From the IMG/VR virus record IMGVR_UViG_3300012920_000023, positions 32,001 to 96,000 of that record: a stretch of DNA of 64,000 nucleotides. One strand, written 5' to 3'. The DNA is from a virus. The notes under the pieces were generated by a model. That model did no database searches. It was not told the origin of the DNA and was given only the letters and a program-made list of their open reading frames with translations. The position numbers were made by a program, and so were the translations under genes. Within the stretch, counting starts at the first letter, position 1, and each line of letters begins with the position of its first letter. Below are positions 55,202-63,480 of the stretch, in pieces.

Positions 55202-55304
55202 GGGCTAGGTCGGGCAGGGATAGGATGAATGACTTTGACTAAATGACTTTGATATTTTGGCCATTGAGGGTTATGGTGCTTAAACCTTTTTAGTTGCACC
55301 AAGG

Positions 55305-55685
55305 ATGGTTAGAATGAAAGACATTCTCAAGAAGATTATTTTGCTGATTATCGCTGTTGTCGTTATTTATTCAGTAGCGTTTCAAGAGCGTCGGGTTTAT
55401 CCGGTAGATGAATGTTACCGAGTGATTTGGGGCGACCTTAACAGAATGAGAGAGTTAGGGCTTGAAGACTTATCTGCGATGGATGTGTATGAATACTGCC
55501 GTGAGGTCATTATCAATGCCGACCCTATAGTTCACCCTCAAGGTGACGCAAACACTCCTAGACGCTTCATTATGGGTGAGCCGGTGATAGAGGTTGTGGG
55601 CGGTGAAGAGAGCCACAACCTAGACATCAATCAAGACTCTGAACATGAGTTACTTGATACGCCTCCGATACTAGAGTCTCCATGA
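55305..55685 (+). CDS. Membrane-anchored hypothetical protein
   Basis: N-terminal TM segment IILLIIAVVVIYSVAF. Confidence 0.55.
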   Translation: MVRMKDILKKIILLIIAVVVIYSVAFQERRVYPVDECYRVIWGDLNRMRELGLEDLSAMDVYEYCREVIINADPIVHPQGDANTPRRFIMGEPVIEVVGGEESHNLDINQDSEHELLDTPPILESP

Positions 55686-56097
55686 GTTCTTGATAATCGA
55701 CTGTGTCGTATATCACGCCGTCTTTGATCGTGAACACATGCTCCGGCATGACTACTATCCACACACCCTCTTGGAGTCTCCACGCTCTTCGCTTTAACCT
55801 CAAACGACGGCGAAAGTCTGCACGTTTTAGTTTATAACCGGGTACAGGCTGTCTGTTCCAACTTGCCCCATGAAGCCAAGCGAGATCAGTACCCTCGCCG
55901 GGTTTTCGACCCTGCCGGGCTAGAAACTCAAAGGCTTCCTCATACCCCATACCAAAGGCTATCTCGCACGCTCTAACACCGCAGTCGTTTTCATCCCGGG
56001 AGTGTGGGAGTTCAGAGTACCCTAAGTCTTTAAGAATTACTCTCATCTTCGTCCGGGAATAGGGTATCAAGTGTCTCACTGCCATATACAACTTCAT
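55627..56097 (-). CDS. Small papain-like (Cys-His-Asp) peptidase-fold protein
   Basis: NDCGVRA...HVFTIKDGVIYD; true start may be MRVILK near 56046. Confidence 0.55.
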   Translation of the reverse strand: MKLYMAVRHLIPYSRTKMRVILKDLGYSELPHSRDENDCGVRACEIAFGMGYEEAFEFLARQGRKPGEGTDLAWLHGASWNRQPVPGYKLKRADFRRRLRLKRRAWRLQEGVWIVVMPEHVFTIKDGVIYDTVDYQELMETLVSEAYQVTHVQSLD

Positions 56098-56791
56098 TGC
56101 CGGTCATGTCAAAAGCGACAACTTTGAATCCAATAACCTGTTCAATGCGGTCAAGGTATTCATTAAGTGTATTAAGCCCGGAGTTTTGGCTTAAGTATTC
56201 TGTGCAGATGAGGTCAAGGGCATGACCCTCTTTTTCTGTTCCTGCTAAAGTCATGGCTTTCGCCAACGCAGTTGAAACATTAGTCATCTGATCTTCAAAC
56301 AGGGCAAAGTTCTTACGCTTAGGTTTCTCCAAAATTGATGGAGCGTCAGTTTCCATCGACTCCGACTTGGCTTCTTTTACGGCGGTGGTCAGTTCTCTTA
56401 GCGATGAACTTTCTGCCACATCTCGCCATTCCTCTGCATTGGACTCGTCAACGACTCCAACCAATTCTCGGGCTTTAGTCCAACCCAACTCTTTAACCCA
56501 TGCTTGAACACTTTCGCTCTGATCACCAAACCACCCGGCAATAGCGACGAGATATTGGGCTTTGCGTCGTTGCATTGAGAGTTCGTTATCAACATAGTCC
56601 GGGAATGAAGTGTAGCCCCAATCTTCATAAGCGTTTTCATTCCAAACATTAAACAGAGCGGTAGCAAGACGCCAATAGGCACCCTCTACATTATTCTTTG
56701 CTTCGATGACCTCAAGACGTAAGTCATCATGTACGCTCGGCGGTAAGACCTCAATGGTCGCCAAACTTGTTTCATTTGATCGCATTAGCAT
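56030..56791 (-). CDS. Putative helical DNA-binding protein
   Basis: W.L...L......Y..WGY.SF..YV..EL....RKAQYL..I...LGWTKA pattern (DUF3102-like). Confidence 0.5.
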   Translation of the reverse strand: MLMRSNETSLATIEVLPPSVHDDLRLEVIEAKNNVEGAYWRLATALFNVWNENAYEDWGYTSFPDYVDNELSMQRRKAQYLVAIAGWFGDQSESVQAWVKELGWTKARELVGVVDESNAEEWRDVAESSSLRELTTAVKEAKSESMETDAPSILEKPKRKNFALFEDQMTNVSTALAKAMTLAGTEKEGHALDLICTEYLSQNSGLNTLNEYLDRIEQVIGFKVVAFDMTGNEVVYGSETLDTLFPDEDESNS

Positions 56792-56841
56792 CTCCGATAT
56801 TCAACTTAAAATGTTCACTGTGAACATATAACGGATGATGA

Positions 56842-56870
56842 TTGTCACACGCTAGGTTCAATGTCAAGTC
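56842..56870 (-). promoter_or_regulatory. Variant promoter GACTTGAC-N15-TGACAA with downstream palindrome ATGTTCAC-T-GTGAACAT (56811..56827)
   Basis: Read directly. Confidence 0.55.
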
Positions 56871-56940
56871 GAAAAGATTGTGCACACGAGTGCATGATGT
56901 GGCCGGCAGATTATCTTCTCAGAAATACTTTCTTTTTTAC

Positions 56941-56969
56941 TTGACTATACAGGTGGGTGCTGATATGTT
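56941..56969 (+). promoter_or_regulatory. Sigma70-type promoter TTGACT-N17-TATGTT
   Basis: Consensus, extended -10 TG, T-rich UP element. Confidence 0.78.
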
Positions 56970-57007
56970 AAGTCCATCATTCATTACAGACGTTTAAGGA
57001 GAACGAC

Positions 57008-57400
57008 ATGAGCGATAGCACTTTTATTAAACTACTCAAGGCGATCAGAATGCCGACTATTGATGGCAGTGATCTCTCAAACCAAAATCATGCGATACGT
57101 CATATCGCACAGGCGTTCCTAATACATCTCAAGAGTGAAGATGTGGAAGAGATGATCAAGGACATTAAAGAGGTTTATCCGGATATCGTTACTCATGTGA
57201 CGGTCTATAATGCAGGGAGCACTCTTAGTAAACCGTTCATGACCGGCTCCGAGAGAGATTGGCTTGCCACGGCCATGACATGCATATTGAGTGGGTGGGA
57301 GGTTCCTACAGGGTGTAACAATAAAGATAAAGAAAATAATGTAGAAGAGGAAAGTGATGTTGATGGCTTTATGGGCGATTCCCGTATAGGTCGGTGGTAA
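57008..57400 (+). CDS. Hypothetical early protein
   Basis: TAAGGAG RBS; own promoter. Confidence 0.68.
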   Translation: MSDSTFIKLLKAIRMPTIDGSDLSNQNHAIRHIAQAFLIHLKSEDVEEMIKDIKEVYPDIVTHVTVYNAGSTLSKPFMTGSERDWLATAMTCILSGWEVPTGCNNKDKENNVEEESDVDGFMGDSRIGRW

Positions 57401-57485
57401 TCGCCACGGCTAACTTGCATATCTGAGGATATAGTGTAGCCTTTTGGTAAAATTACTTTTACCGTTTACTTGCCGGGAGGTTACT

Positions 57486-57974
57486 TTGATATATATAGGC
57501 TTAGACCTAAGTTTGACCGCATCCGGCATGGTAGCCGTCGAGGATGGCGATGTTATAAAATCCAAGACATTTGGGTACGGGCTTAAACGGAAAAGCAGTG
57601 GAGAAAGAAAAATAAAGCGACTCCTGCATATCGCTTCCGAAGTTTGCTCGTTTATACAGGAGCACGTTAAGGGCAAAGATCAAGGTGGCATCAAAGTTGT
57701 GATTGAGGGCTATGCGTATTCTGCCCGGGGATCGCAGAATGATCTAGCAGAACTCCAAGGTGCGATTAAAACACAGATTTACCTTATGTTTAAGATTGTG
57801 CCGGTGATCATGCCTGCGTCAAAGGCTAGAAAAAATGTCTTTGGACGTGGCCGGATCAGAAAAGATGAGATTCTCCTTGAACTTACTGAGCAGGGGCATC
57901 CGTTTACCGACCATAATCAAGCCGATGCTTTTGTGGTAGCAAGGGCACAGTATAACCTTGATATCTGTTCTTAG
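57486..57974 (+). CDS. ruvC: RuvC-like Holliday junction resolvase
   Basis: IGLDLSLTASG, VVIEGY, L.EL.G.IK, HNQADA; probable TTG start behind GGGAGG. Confidence 0.85.
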   Translation: MIYIGLDLSLTASGMVAVEDGDVIKSKTFGYGLKRKSSGERKIKRLLHIASEVCSFIQEHVKGKDQGGIKVVIEGYAYSARGSQNDLAELQGAIKTQIYLMFKIVPVIMPASKARKNVFGRGRIRKDEILLELTEQGHPFTDHNQADAFVVARAQYNLDICS

Positions 57975-57983
57975 GAGTAAAGC

Positions 57984-58340
57984 ATGAGAGAACATCTCTA
58001 TCACTATAAAGCCCGGGTGGTTTCCGTTTATGATGGAGACACAGTCACGGTCTTGATTGACTTAGGTCTAAACATATTTGCTAAACGTAAGGTGCGACTC
58101 ATCGGGATAAACACCCCGGAGATACGCACCCGGGATGCCGATGAAAAGAAGCGTGGCTTAGAAGCAAGAGACTATCTTAGGGAACGAGTTCTTGAGAAAG
58201 AAATCATCATACACACAGTGGGCAAGGGGAAGTATGGGAGATGGCTTGGAGAGATATGGACACTTGACGATTATGGCGATACAATACTTGAAAGTGTAAA
58301 CGACGAACTTATTCGCACCGGGCATGCTCAAAAGTATTAA
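57984..58340 (+). CDS. Thermonuclease (SNase-like)
   Basis: VYDGDT, VRLIGINTPE, GKYGRWL, VN.EL...GHA. Confidence 0.9.
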   Translation: MREHLYHYKARVVSVYDGDTVTVLIDLGLNIFAKRKVRLIGINTPEIRTRDADEKKRGLEARDYLRERVLEKEIIIHTVGKGKYGRWLGEIWTLDDYGDTILESVNDELIRTGHAQKY

Positions 58341-58352
58341 AAGGATCAAGCG

Positions 58353-59060
58353 ATGTATCTAAATGAAGCGATAACGATATTAGATGGGTTAATGTATGAG
58401 TCAGACCTAGATCGGTTAAAGGCTTTACGCCGGATAAAGCGTGTCAGCAAAGCACCAACTGATAGGCTTATTGCTCTCTTGAAGAAAAAGGCGGAGAGAG
58501 ATAGTGCACGCAAACCCAAGTTTATTGGTCAAATCGGCTATTTGAAGTTAGCGTGGTCTTTTGATGGGAAGAAAGACACTTATATTCACTACACCACAAG
58601 AGAAAACGCTAAAAAGATACTCAAAACCAATATGCTTGACAGCAAGAACAGCGATAACCCTATGTTTCGTGAGTCGAATTTTGCCATATCTATGACTTTT
58701 GGGGGCAACCATCCGGGTGTTCAACGTGGCACTGTCTGCGGTCTTAGGAATGCAAGAGAGTGCGACATTGTGGCTATCGTGTTCAAAAGCGATGTGCAAC
58801 CGAAAGTTGGTTATCAAGATGAAGTTATATTCCGTGGCCGGACTAGGATAAAAAGCCCGGTGATGTATGACATAACAAGCCCAAAGTTTAAGTCAATCAT
58901 ATCTAAACTAAATGGCATGCCGGGAGTTACTCAAGACCATGTGGACTCAATGGTGTTCTATACGGCGAAAGACATTGAGTCTGCTAAAAAGGAAGCGGAG
59001 AACTTTGTCCAAGATCCGGATGATGCTGATATGGATTGGCAGGGCTTCGATAATCAATGA
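58353..59060 (+). CDS. Putative ADP-ribosyltransferase-fold protein with shared N-terminal leader
   Basis: YIHYTTRENAKKILKTNML resembles the ART strand-1 pattern HYT....A..I...G.L; later QDEVIF. Confidence 0.45.
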   Translation: MYLNEAITILDGLMYESDLDRLKALRRIKRVSKAPTDRLIALLKKKAERDSARKPKFIGQIGYLKLAWSFDGKKDTYIHYTTRENAKKILKTNMLDSKNSDNPMFRESNFAISMTFGGNHPGVQRGTVCGLRNARECDIVAIVFKSDVQPKVGYQDEVIFRGRTRIKSPVMYDITSPKFKSIISKLNGMPGVTQDHVDSMVFYTAKDIESAKKEAENFVQDPDDADMDWQGFDNQ

Positions 59061-59175
59061 TTTGGTACTTTTGGCATCTTTAATCTTATGGTGTTATAGT
59101 GCCCCCGTGATTTCTGATAAAATAACTGTATTCGGCATCCCCGGAGCATCAACTTAAGAGTATTGGAGTATAACT

Positions 59176-59565
59176 ATGTTGTTACAAGAAGCGATTTTAA
59201 TTGTGCAGAGTCTGAGTGAAGCACGTCGATTCAGAAAAGGCGATCCGATTAATAACGAACTAAAGGACGCCCTTAAGTCTCTGCGTAAGCACTCAGAGGT
59301 AATATATGACCTAAACCGGGCACGACAGAGTGGCCGTTTAGACAACTATAAACTCAGTGCCAAAGAGAAGTTAAGGCTAATGTCTATTGCGGATGCAGTT
59401 GAGACTATGGGTAAAAATGGTATTAGTTCCGCTAGAATGATAAGGTCTACTGCATTAAAGGGAATGAAGAGTGGCAAGATCTCAAGTGCTTCCGTATTAC
59501 TCATCTCTAATCTCTTGAACCGCCTAGATATGGGAGATTTCGGAGACGAGTTCTCTAGCCTATAA
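59176..59565 (+). CDS. Basic hypothetical protein with shared N-terminal leader
   Basis: Starts MLLQEAILIVQSLSE; GGAG RBS. Confidence 0.65.
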   Translation: MLLQEAILIVQSLSEARRFRKGDPINNELKDALKSLRKHSEVIYDLNRARQSGRLDNYKLSAKEKLRLMSIADAVETMGKNGISSARMIRSTALKGMKSGKISSASVLLISNLLNRLDMGDFGDEFSSL

Positions 59566-59579
59566 GCACTCGAGTGCAG

Positions 59580-60485
59580 TTAAGATTTCTTTGATCTCGA
59601 CTTTCGTGGAAAGCAGTAGTCTCTAACTTTGCAATCTTTCGCCCGGTAGGATGACTTTTTAGGGCATGAGTCGATCCGGTCATAAAGAGGTACTTCTAAG
59701 CCGAGATCAGAAGCGGTGGCACAGTCCTTAAGCATACCTTGAATAAGTTTGATTTGAGCGTCATCTCGCTCAACGATATGCTCACAGATCCCCTCCGGGA
59801 ATAGCATATTCAAGTCTTTATTAATGTAAACAATCCGGGCTCTCTCTAGCCCGGTGAGCCACATATAAGCCTGTACTTGAATGACATGCTCTCCTTTCGG
59901 TCTACCGCCGAGAGCAGGATCAACATTATCATACCCACGGCTTGAGATCGTTTTCAGTTCAAGGGCTTCAATGTCATCTTCACCCCATACTAGGACTCCG
60001 TCCATGTGGCCGGTGAGCCTATACTCTTGATTTACAAACTCTAACTCTTCATAGACCCAATCGTCGCCGTCCGGCTTAGGTATCCACTTATGGCTTAATG
60101 AATACTCACTCAGTTTAGATCCTTTAGCCAATGTCGAAGCCGAGTGTGATCTTGATGATGTTCCTCTCTTCCACCACCCTTGAAAAACATCGCCAAGTGT
60201 AGGCAGGTAATCCTCTTGAAATTGAGTGTGGATTGCAGTGCCCGACCCAAATATCCATCTAAGTTTTGAGTCAACTTCAATAGCGAGGTTAACATTATGT
60301 TCTTTTCCGAGTTGGAGGGATCTTGGGCATAGCCTATACAGACCGCTTGATCTAAACCACATATTCTCATGGGGAGTTTGATCTCTTCTCACCTCCGGCA
60401 TTGATTCCCAAAGAGCCTCTTGCAAACGCCGGCTTTGAGGTACTGCCTTGGGTTTCATTACATCATTGAGGATACTGCCTAACAT
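59580..60485 (-). CDS. Cas4-like / RecB-family PD-(D/E)XK exonuclease
   Basis: CPR, GTAIH, GHMDG, ELKT, QVQAYM, C-terminal Cys cluster. Confidence 0.85.
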   Translation of the reverse strand: MLGSILNDVMKPKAVPQSRRLQEALWESMPEVRRDQTPHENMWFRSSGLYRLCPRSLQLGKEHNVNLAIEVDSKLRWIFGSGTAIHTQFQEDYLPTLGDVFQGWWKRGTSSRSHSASTLAKGSKLSEYSLSHKWIPKPDGDDWVYEELEFVNQEYRLTGHMDGVLVWGEDDIEALELKTISSRGYDNVDPALGGRPKGEHVIQVQAYMWLTGLERARIVYINKDLNMLFPEGICEHIVERDDAQIKLIQGMLKDCATASDLGLEVPLYDRIDSCPKKSSYRAKDCKVRDYCFPRKSRSKKS

Positions 60486-60488
60486 GGG

Positions 60489-60833
60489 TTATCCTTGTGG
60501 TGTGAGTGAGTAGTCGATTGAGATTCTTGTGATCTTGAAGTCCCCATTTTTAAACGACTGCCAAAAACCCTCACCGTAAAGGTTTACGAGGTTTGCTTTG
60601 ACCCCATTCAGTGACTTAAAACCATGACCCTCAAGGAGTTTAGGATTGCTTTCAAAGTCCGATAAGGTGATTGGTCTGACAGACTTAATAACGGCCTTAG
60701 CGATTACTCGGGTTTTAGATCCCTCATGGCATGAAAGTTCATGCGTACTCATGATGTCCGGGGCTTTCATACGAAGTAAATGAGAAAGCCTTGAATCTAG
60801 GATTCGTCCGGCTTCAATGTTAGTAATGATCAT
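60489..60833 (-). CDS. ASCH/PUA-like domain protein
   Basis: A.I.SV....L.D........GF.SL......L..LY pattern. Confidence 0.5.
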   Translation of the reverse strand: MIITNIEAGRILDSRLSHLLRMKAPDIMSTHELSCHEGSKTRVIAKAVIKSVRPITLSDFESNPKLLEGHGFKSLNGVKANLVNLYGEGFWQSFKNGDFKITRISIDYSLTPQG

Positions 60834-60869
60834 ATCTTTTCTCCTTGATATGAGGTTGATAATAAACTC

Positions 60870-60898
60870 AAGTTAAGTGCATACATACTGAAAGTCAA
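60870..60898 (-). promoter_or_regulatory. Sigma70-type promoter TTGACT-N17-TAACTT
   Basis: Consensus, T-rich UP element, upstream GGTGCT arm. Confidence 0.7.
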
Positions 60899-61010
60899 AT
60901 AAAAAAGAAAAAAATAAGTTGCAACTTAAAGCACCTTAAGTCCGGTTGATTGAAGTTCAAGGTGTCTATATGCTATTGTAACGACACACACTTAAGGCAA
61001 GGATATTATT

Positions 61011-61796
61011 ATGGCACAATCGTTACCGGTGGCAATAGACCCACAACTAATAGGCTCGGGAGCGGTTGCAGGAATATATTCAACCTATGCTCTAGCAAAA
61101 CGTCCTAATCTACCAACCATGTCGATCATGGGAGTTTCGACTGAGGATGGAACGATTGTTCTACCGGAGACTGCGTTTCAGTATTGGCCGGAGACGATTC
61201 AAGACACTATGGAGATAGGTTGGGAGTTTACTGCTCTCCCGGCAACATCTCATCCGTTGGCTCATTGGACACAAAACGGTGGTCGCACTATTAGTTTTGA
61301 AGTCACGTTCGCCCGAGATATGCAGTATGACCCTAAAGCGTCGTTTTTAGCACCTCTTATCAAGGCCGATCCGGACACTGAGGGAGTCAAAGAATACAAT
61401 GGCAACCCGGACTATATGATAAAATACCTGCGTGCGTTCGCACACCCGGAGACAATGCTTGATGGTACGGTTTTGTCTCCACCTATCTGTTACGTTCATC
61501 TACAGGGATCTAGTATAGGTGCTGACGGATCAGATGCCTTTGCCGGAGTAATGATAAGTTGTGATGTGACTTACAAACGTTTTGGGGTTGATGGAGACGG
61601 CAAACAGGGATATACACGACTTGCCTCTGTGTCTCTATCGTTCAAAGAGGTCATCCAAAACCCAACAACTCCGGGCGAGTATAAATACCACAGTATGGAC
61701 ACGCTCTTTGCAGATGGAGCAATGGCCGTTGCTAGAAATGTAGAAGCAAATACTTCTCTTAGACAACCAATGAAACCGCCTTTTCCCACTCCCTAG
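61011..61796 (+). CDS. Tail tube initiator (gp48/gp54 / CIS-tube-like), displaced from the tail module
   Basis: FQYWPETI...W...GGRTISFEVTF...PP.C...GV..S.DVTY..F...A.VSLSFKE. Confidence 0.72.
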   Translation: MAQSLPVAIDPQLIGSGAVAGIYSTYALAKRPNLPTMSIMGVSTEDGTIVLPETAFQYWPETIQDTMEIGWEFTALPATSHPLAHWTQNGGRTISFEVTFARDMQYDPKASFLAPLIKADPDTEGVKEYNGNPDYMIKYLRAFAHPETMLDGTVLSPPICYVHLQGSSIGADGSDAFAGVMISCDVTYKRFGVDGDGKQGYTRLASVSLSFKEVIQNPTTPGEYKYHSMDTLFADGAMAVARNVEANTSLRQPMKPPFPTP

Positions 61797-62221
61797 AATG
61801 GTGGGCTAACGCATAAACTCCAAAGTAATGCGACCTCTTTAGTTTCGGCAGGATGGGTTAGTTGACCTTTTATCGGGCTATCGGGTTCACTTGTTTCCGT
61901 GTAGATGATTCGCCAACCCTCTTCATTCCATACCGGGCACTTATAATAATCGAACTTAAAATTCTGTCCCCACACTTCGGTCATAATCATTCTCAAGGTT
62001 GGATCATGATTAAGGTCGGGGAGAAATGTTGGTGAGTCGATATGTTCAAGACTATTTAAATAGTTGACCGGCACATTTGTATCAGTGCCTTTGCCGGGGG
62101 CGACTGCCTTATACAGACCCGGAAACTTAACATCAACAGTGATGAGATTCATGCCCTCTTGATACTTAACAAACCGGTGATAGACAGCGTCTGCTAAAGT
62201 CCTTTTCTCTGCGTCACGCAT
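61793..62221 (-). CDS. Hypothetical protein (possible phage ABA-sandwich-like fold)
   Basis: PDL..DPTL...W.....ET.E.ALL pattern. Confidence 0.5.
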   Translation of the reverse strand: MRDAEKRTLADAVYHRFVKYQEGMNLITVDVKFPGLYKAVAPGKGTDTNVPVNYLNSLEHIDSPTFLPDLNHDPTLRMIMTEVWGQNFKFDYYKCPVWNEEGWRIIYTETSEPDSPIKGQLTHPAETKEVALLWSLCVSPPF

Positions 62222-62233
62222 GATCTGCCTCTC

Positions 62234-62857
62234 TTACCAATCAAGATCAGTATCTTCGACTTCACGATACTCATCTTCCCGACTAGGCTTTATGGTAGGT
62301 TGTACCACCTGCTGTGCACCGAAAAACCGATCTTGGCATGACCATAGAAAATTGATAGTAGGCAGACCGCTTAACCGGCCTCGACTGCTCGTAACCATGC
62401 CCGGCCATTCCTCCACAAAGTTTTTGATCACGATCTCGACCATCTCTCGGGTGTAGTTTTGGCATAGTTTTTTAGCGAGAGTGTTCTCCTTTACTCCCCA
62501 TCGCTTAGTTATGACCTCTTGGCCATACACCACATTAATCTGTGCTTTGAAATACTTTTCAAGCCCGGCAGAGATCGACTTCGTTTTCGCAGGCTTTTTT
62601 TTAGCAGGCTTGGGTTCTACCGGTGGCTCCATTGCTAACGGTGGGTAGGTTGCCGGTCTGCTTTTTCTGTTGTACTGTTCAGAGAGGCTCTGAAATACGG
62701 TTCTCCGGCGTTGCGGTTGCTCATAAAACTCAGAGAGATTTTGATCTAGTTCTTGATCTGCAAATGCATCGTAAATGTCTTTTACTTTTTTAGGCTCAAA
62801 CGAAACGCTCTCTCTGCGTTTTAAGTTTTTAAGCCTTTTCAACTTATTGATACTCAA
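62234..62857 (-). CDS. Hypothetical protein, possible replication-initiation accessory
   Basis: GGAGG RBS; basic linker plus helical C-terminal domain; function is inference only. Confidence 0.5.
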   Translation of the reverse strand: MSINKLKRLKNLKRRESVSFEPKKVKDIYDAFADQELDQNLSEFYEQPQRRRTVFQSLSEQYNRKSRPATYPPLAMEPPVEPKPAKKKPAKTKSISAGLEKYFKAQINVVYGQEVITKRWGVKENTLAKKLCQNYTREMVEIVIKNFVEEWPGMVTSSRGRLSGLPTINFLWSCQDRFFGAQQVVQPTIKPSREDEYREVEDTDLDW

Positions 62858-62873
62858 CTTTTTCCTCCTATCT

Positions 62874-63170
62874 TTAGTCTACAGAGGTATCGAGTTCTAT
62901 TTGGTGGGGTTCGTAAGTCGAAATCAAGTTTTTTATTTGAACAACATAGACGCAATAGTCTTTTGTGTTATCATATTGAGCACTTATGCGAGACAAAAGA
63001 AGTTTCGCTTCTGACGTACTCAAGCCTCCTAGAACCATCTCAAGGCTTCGTCTCTCTAAGATGATTCCTCGTTCGTCTCTTTCTGTGCGAACAGAGTCCC
63101 CGACCCGGAGTCGCCATATTTTGTTATTGAGTAAGTCTTTAAAATGCGTTCTCTTAAACTCTTTAAACAT
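62874..63170 (-). CDS. Hypothetical protein
   Basis: Open frame in the minus-strand operon; start uncertain. Confidence 0.45.
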   Translation of the reverse strand: MFKEFKRTHFKDLLNNKIWRLRVGDSVRTERDERGIILERRSLEMVLGGLSTSEAKLLLSRISAQYDNTKDYCVYVVQIKNLISTYEPHQIELDTSVD

Positions 63171-63469
63171 TTAAGGTACTCCGGAGCACAGTTCCACTTA
63201 AAATCGATGCCATCAAGTAACCAAAAAGGACTGCGAATCCTCGTGTCATCTATTTTCCAACCATCTGCCAAGAGAATGAGATATAAAAAGCATCTTTGTG
63301 CACCATCAAACTTGTTGGCGATGCCTTTAAGTTGGTTGATGCGTTCTCTCGGGTTGATGTTCGGGCGTCTAGGCAAGGAGATCGACATGATCTCGCCATC
63401 AATGATAATCTCATGTCGGTTATTCTTCAACCTATTAACTTGGCTCAGTCGCTTCAACCGGCTATCCAT
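63056..63469 (-). CDS. Hypothetical protein
   Basis: AGGAG RBS; overlaps the downstream ORF by 115 nt. Confidence 0.45.
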   Translation of the reverse strand: MDSRLKRLSQVNRLKNNRHEIIIDGEIMSISLPRRPNINPRERINQLKGIANKFDGAQRCFLYLILLADGWKIDDTRIRSPFWLLDGIDFKWNCAPEYLKCLKSLRERILKTYSITKYGDSGSGTLFAQKETNEESS

Positions 63470-63480
63470 TCACGCTACTC

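Noticed and set aside
52651-55290. CRISPR array or integron attC array
   Set aside because: Repeats are degenerate, separated by whole genes with promoters, and lack constant repeat-spacer periodicity or attC RYYYAAC/GTTRRRY ends; no integrase seen
59580-60485. CRISPR-Cas adaptation module
   Set aside because: Solo Cas4-like nucleases are common phage recombination enzymes; no cas1, cas2 or array
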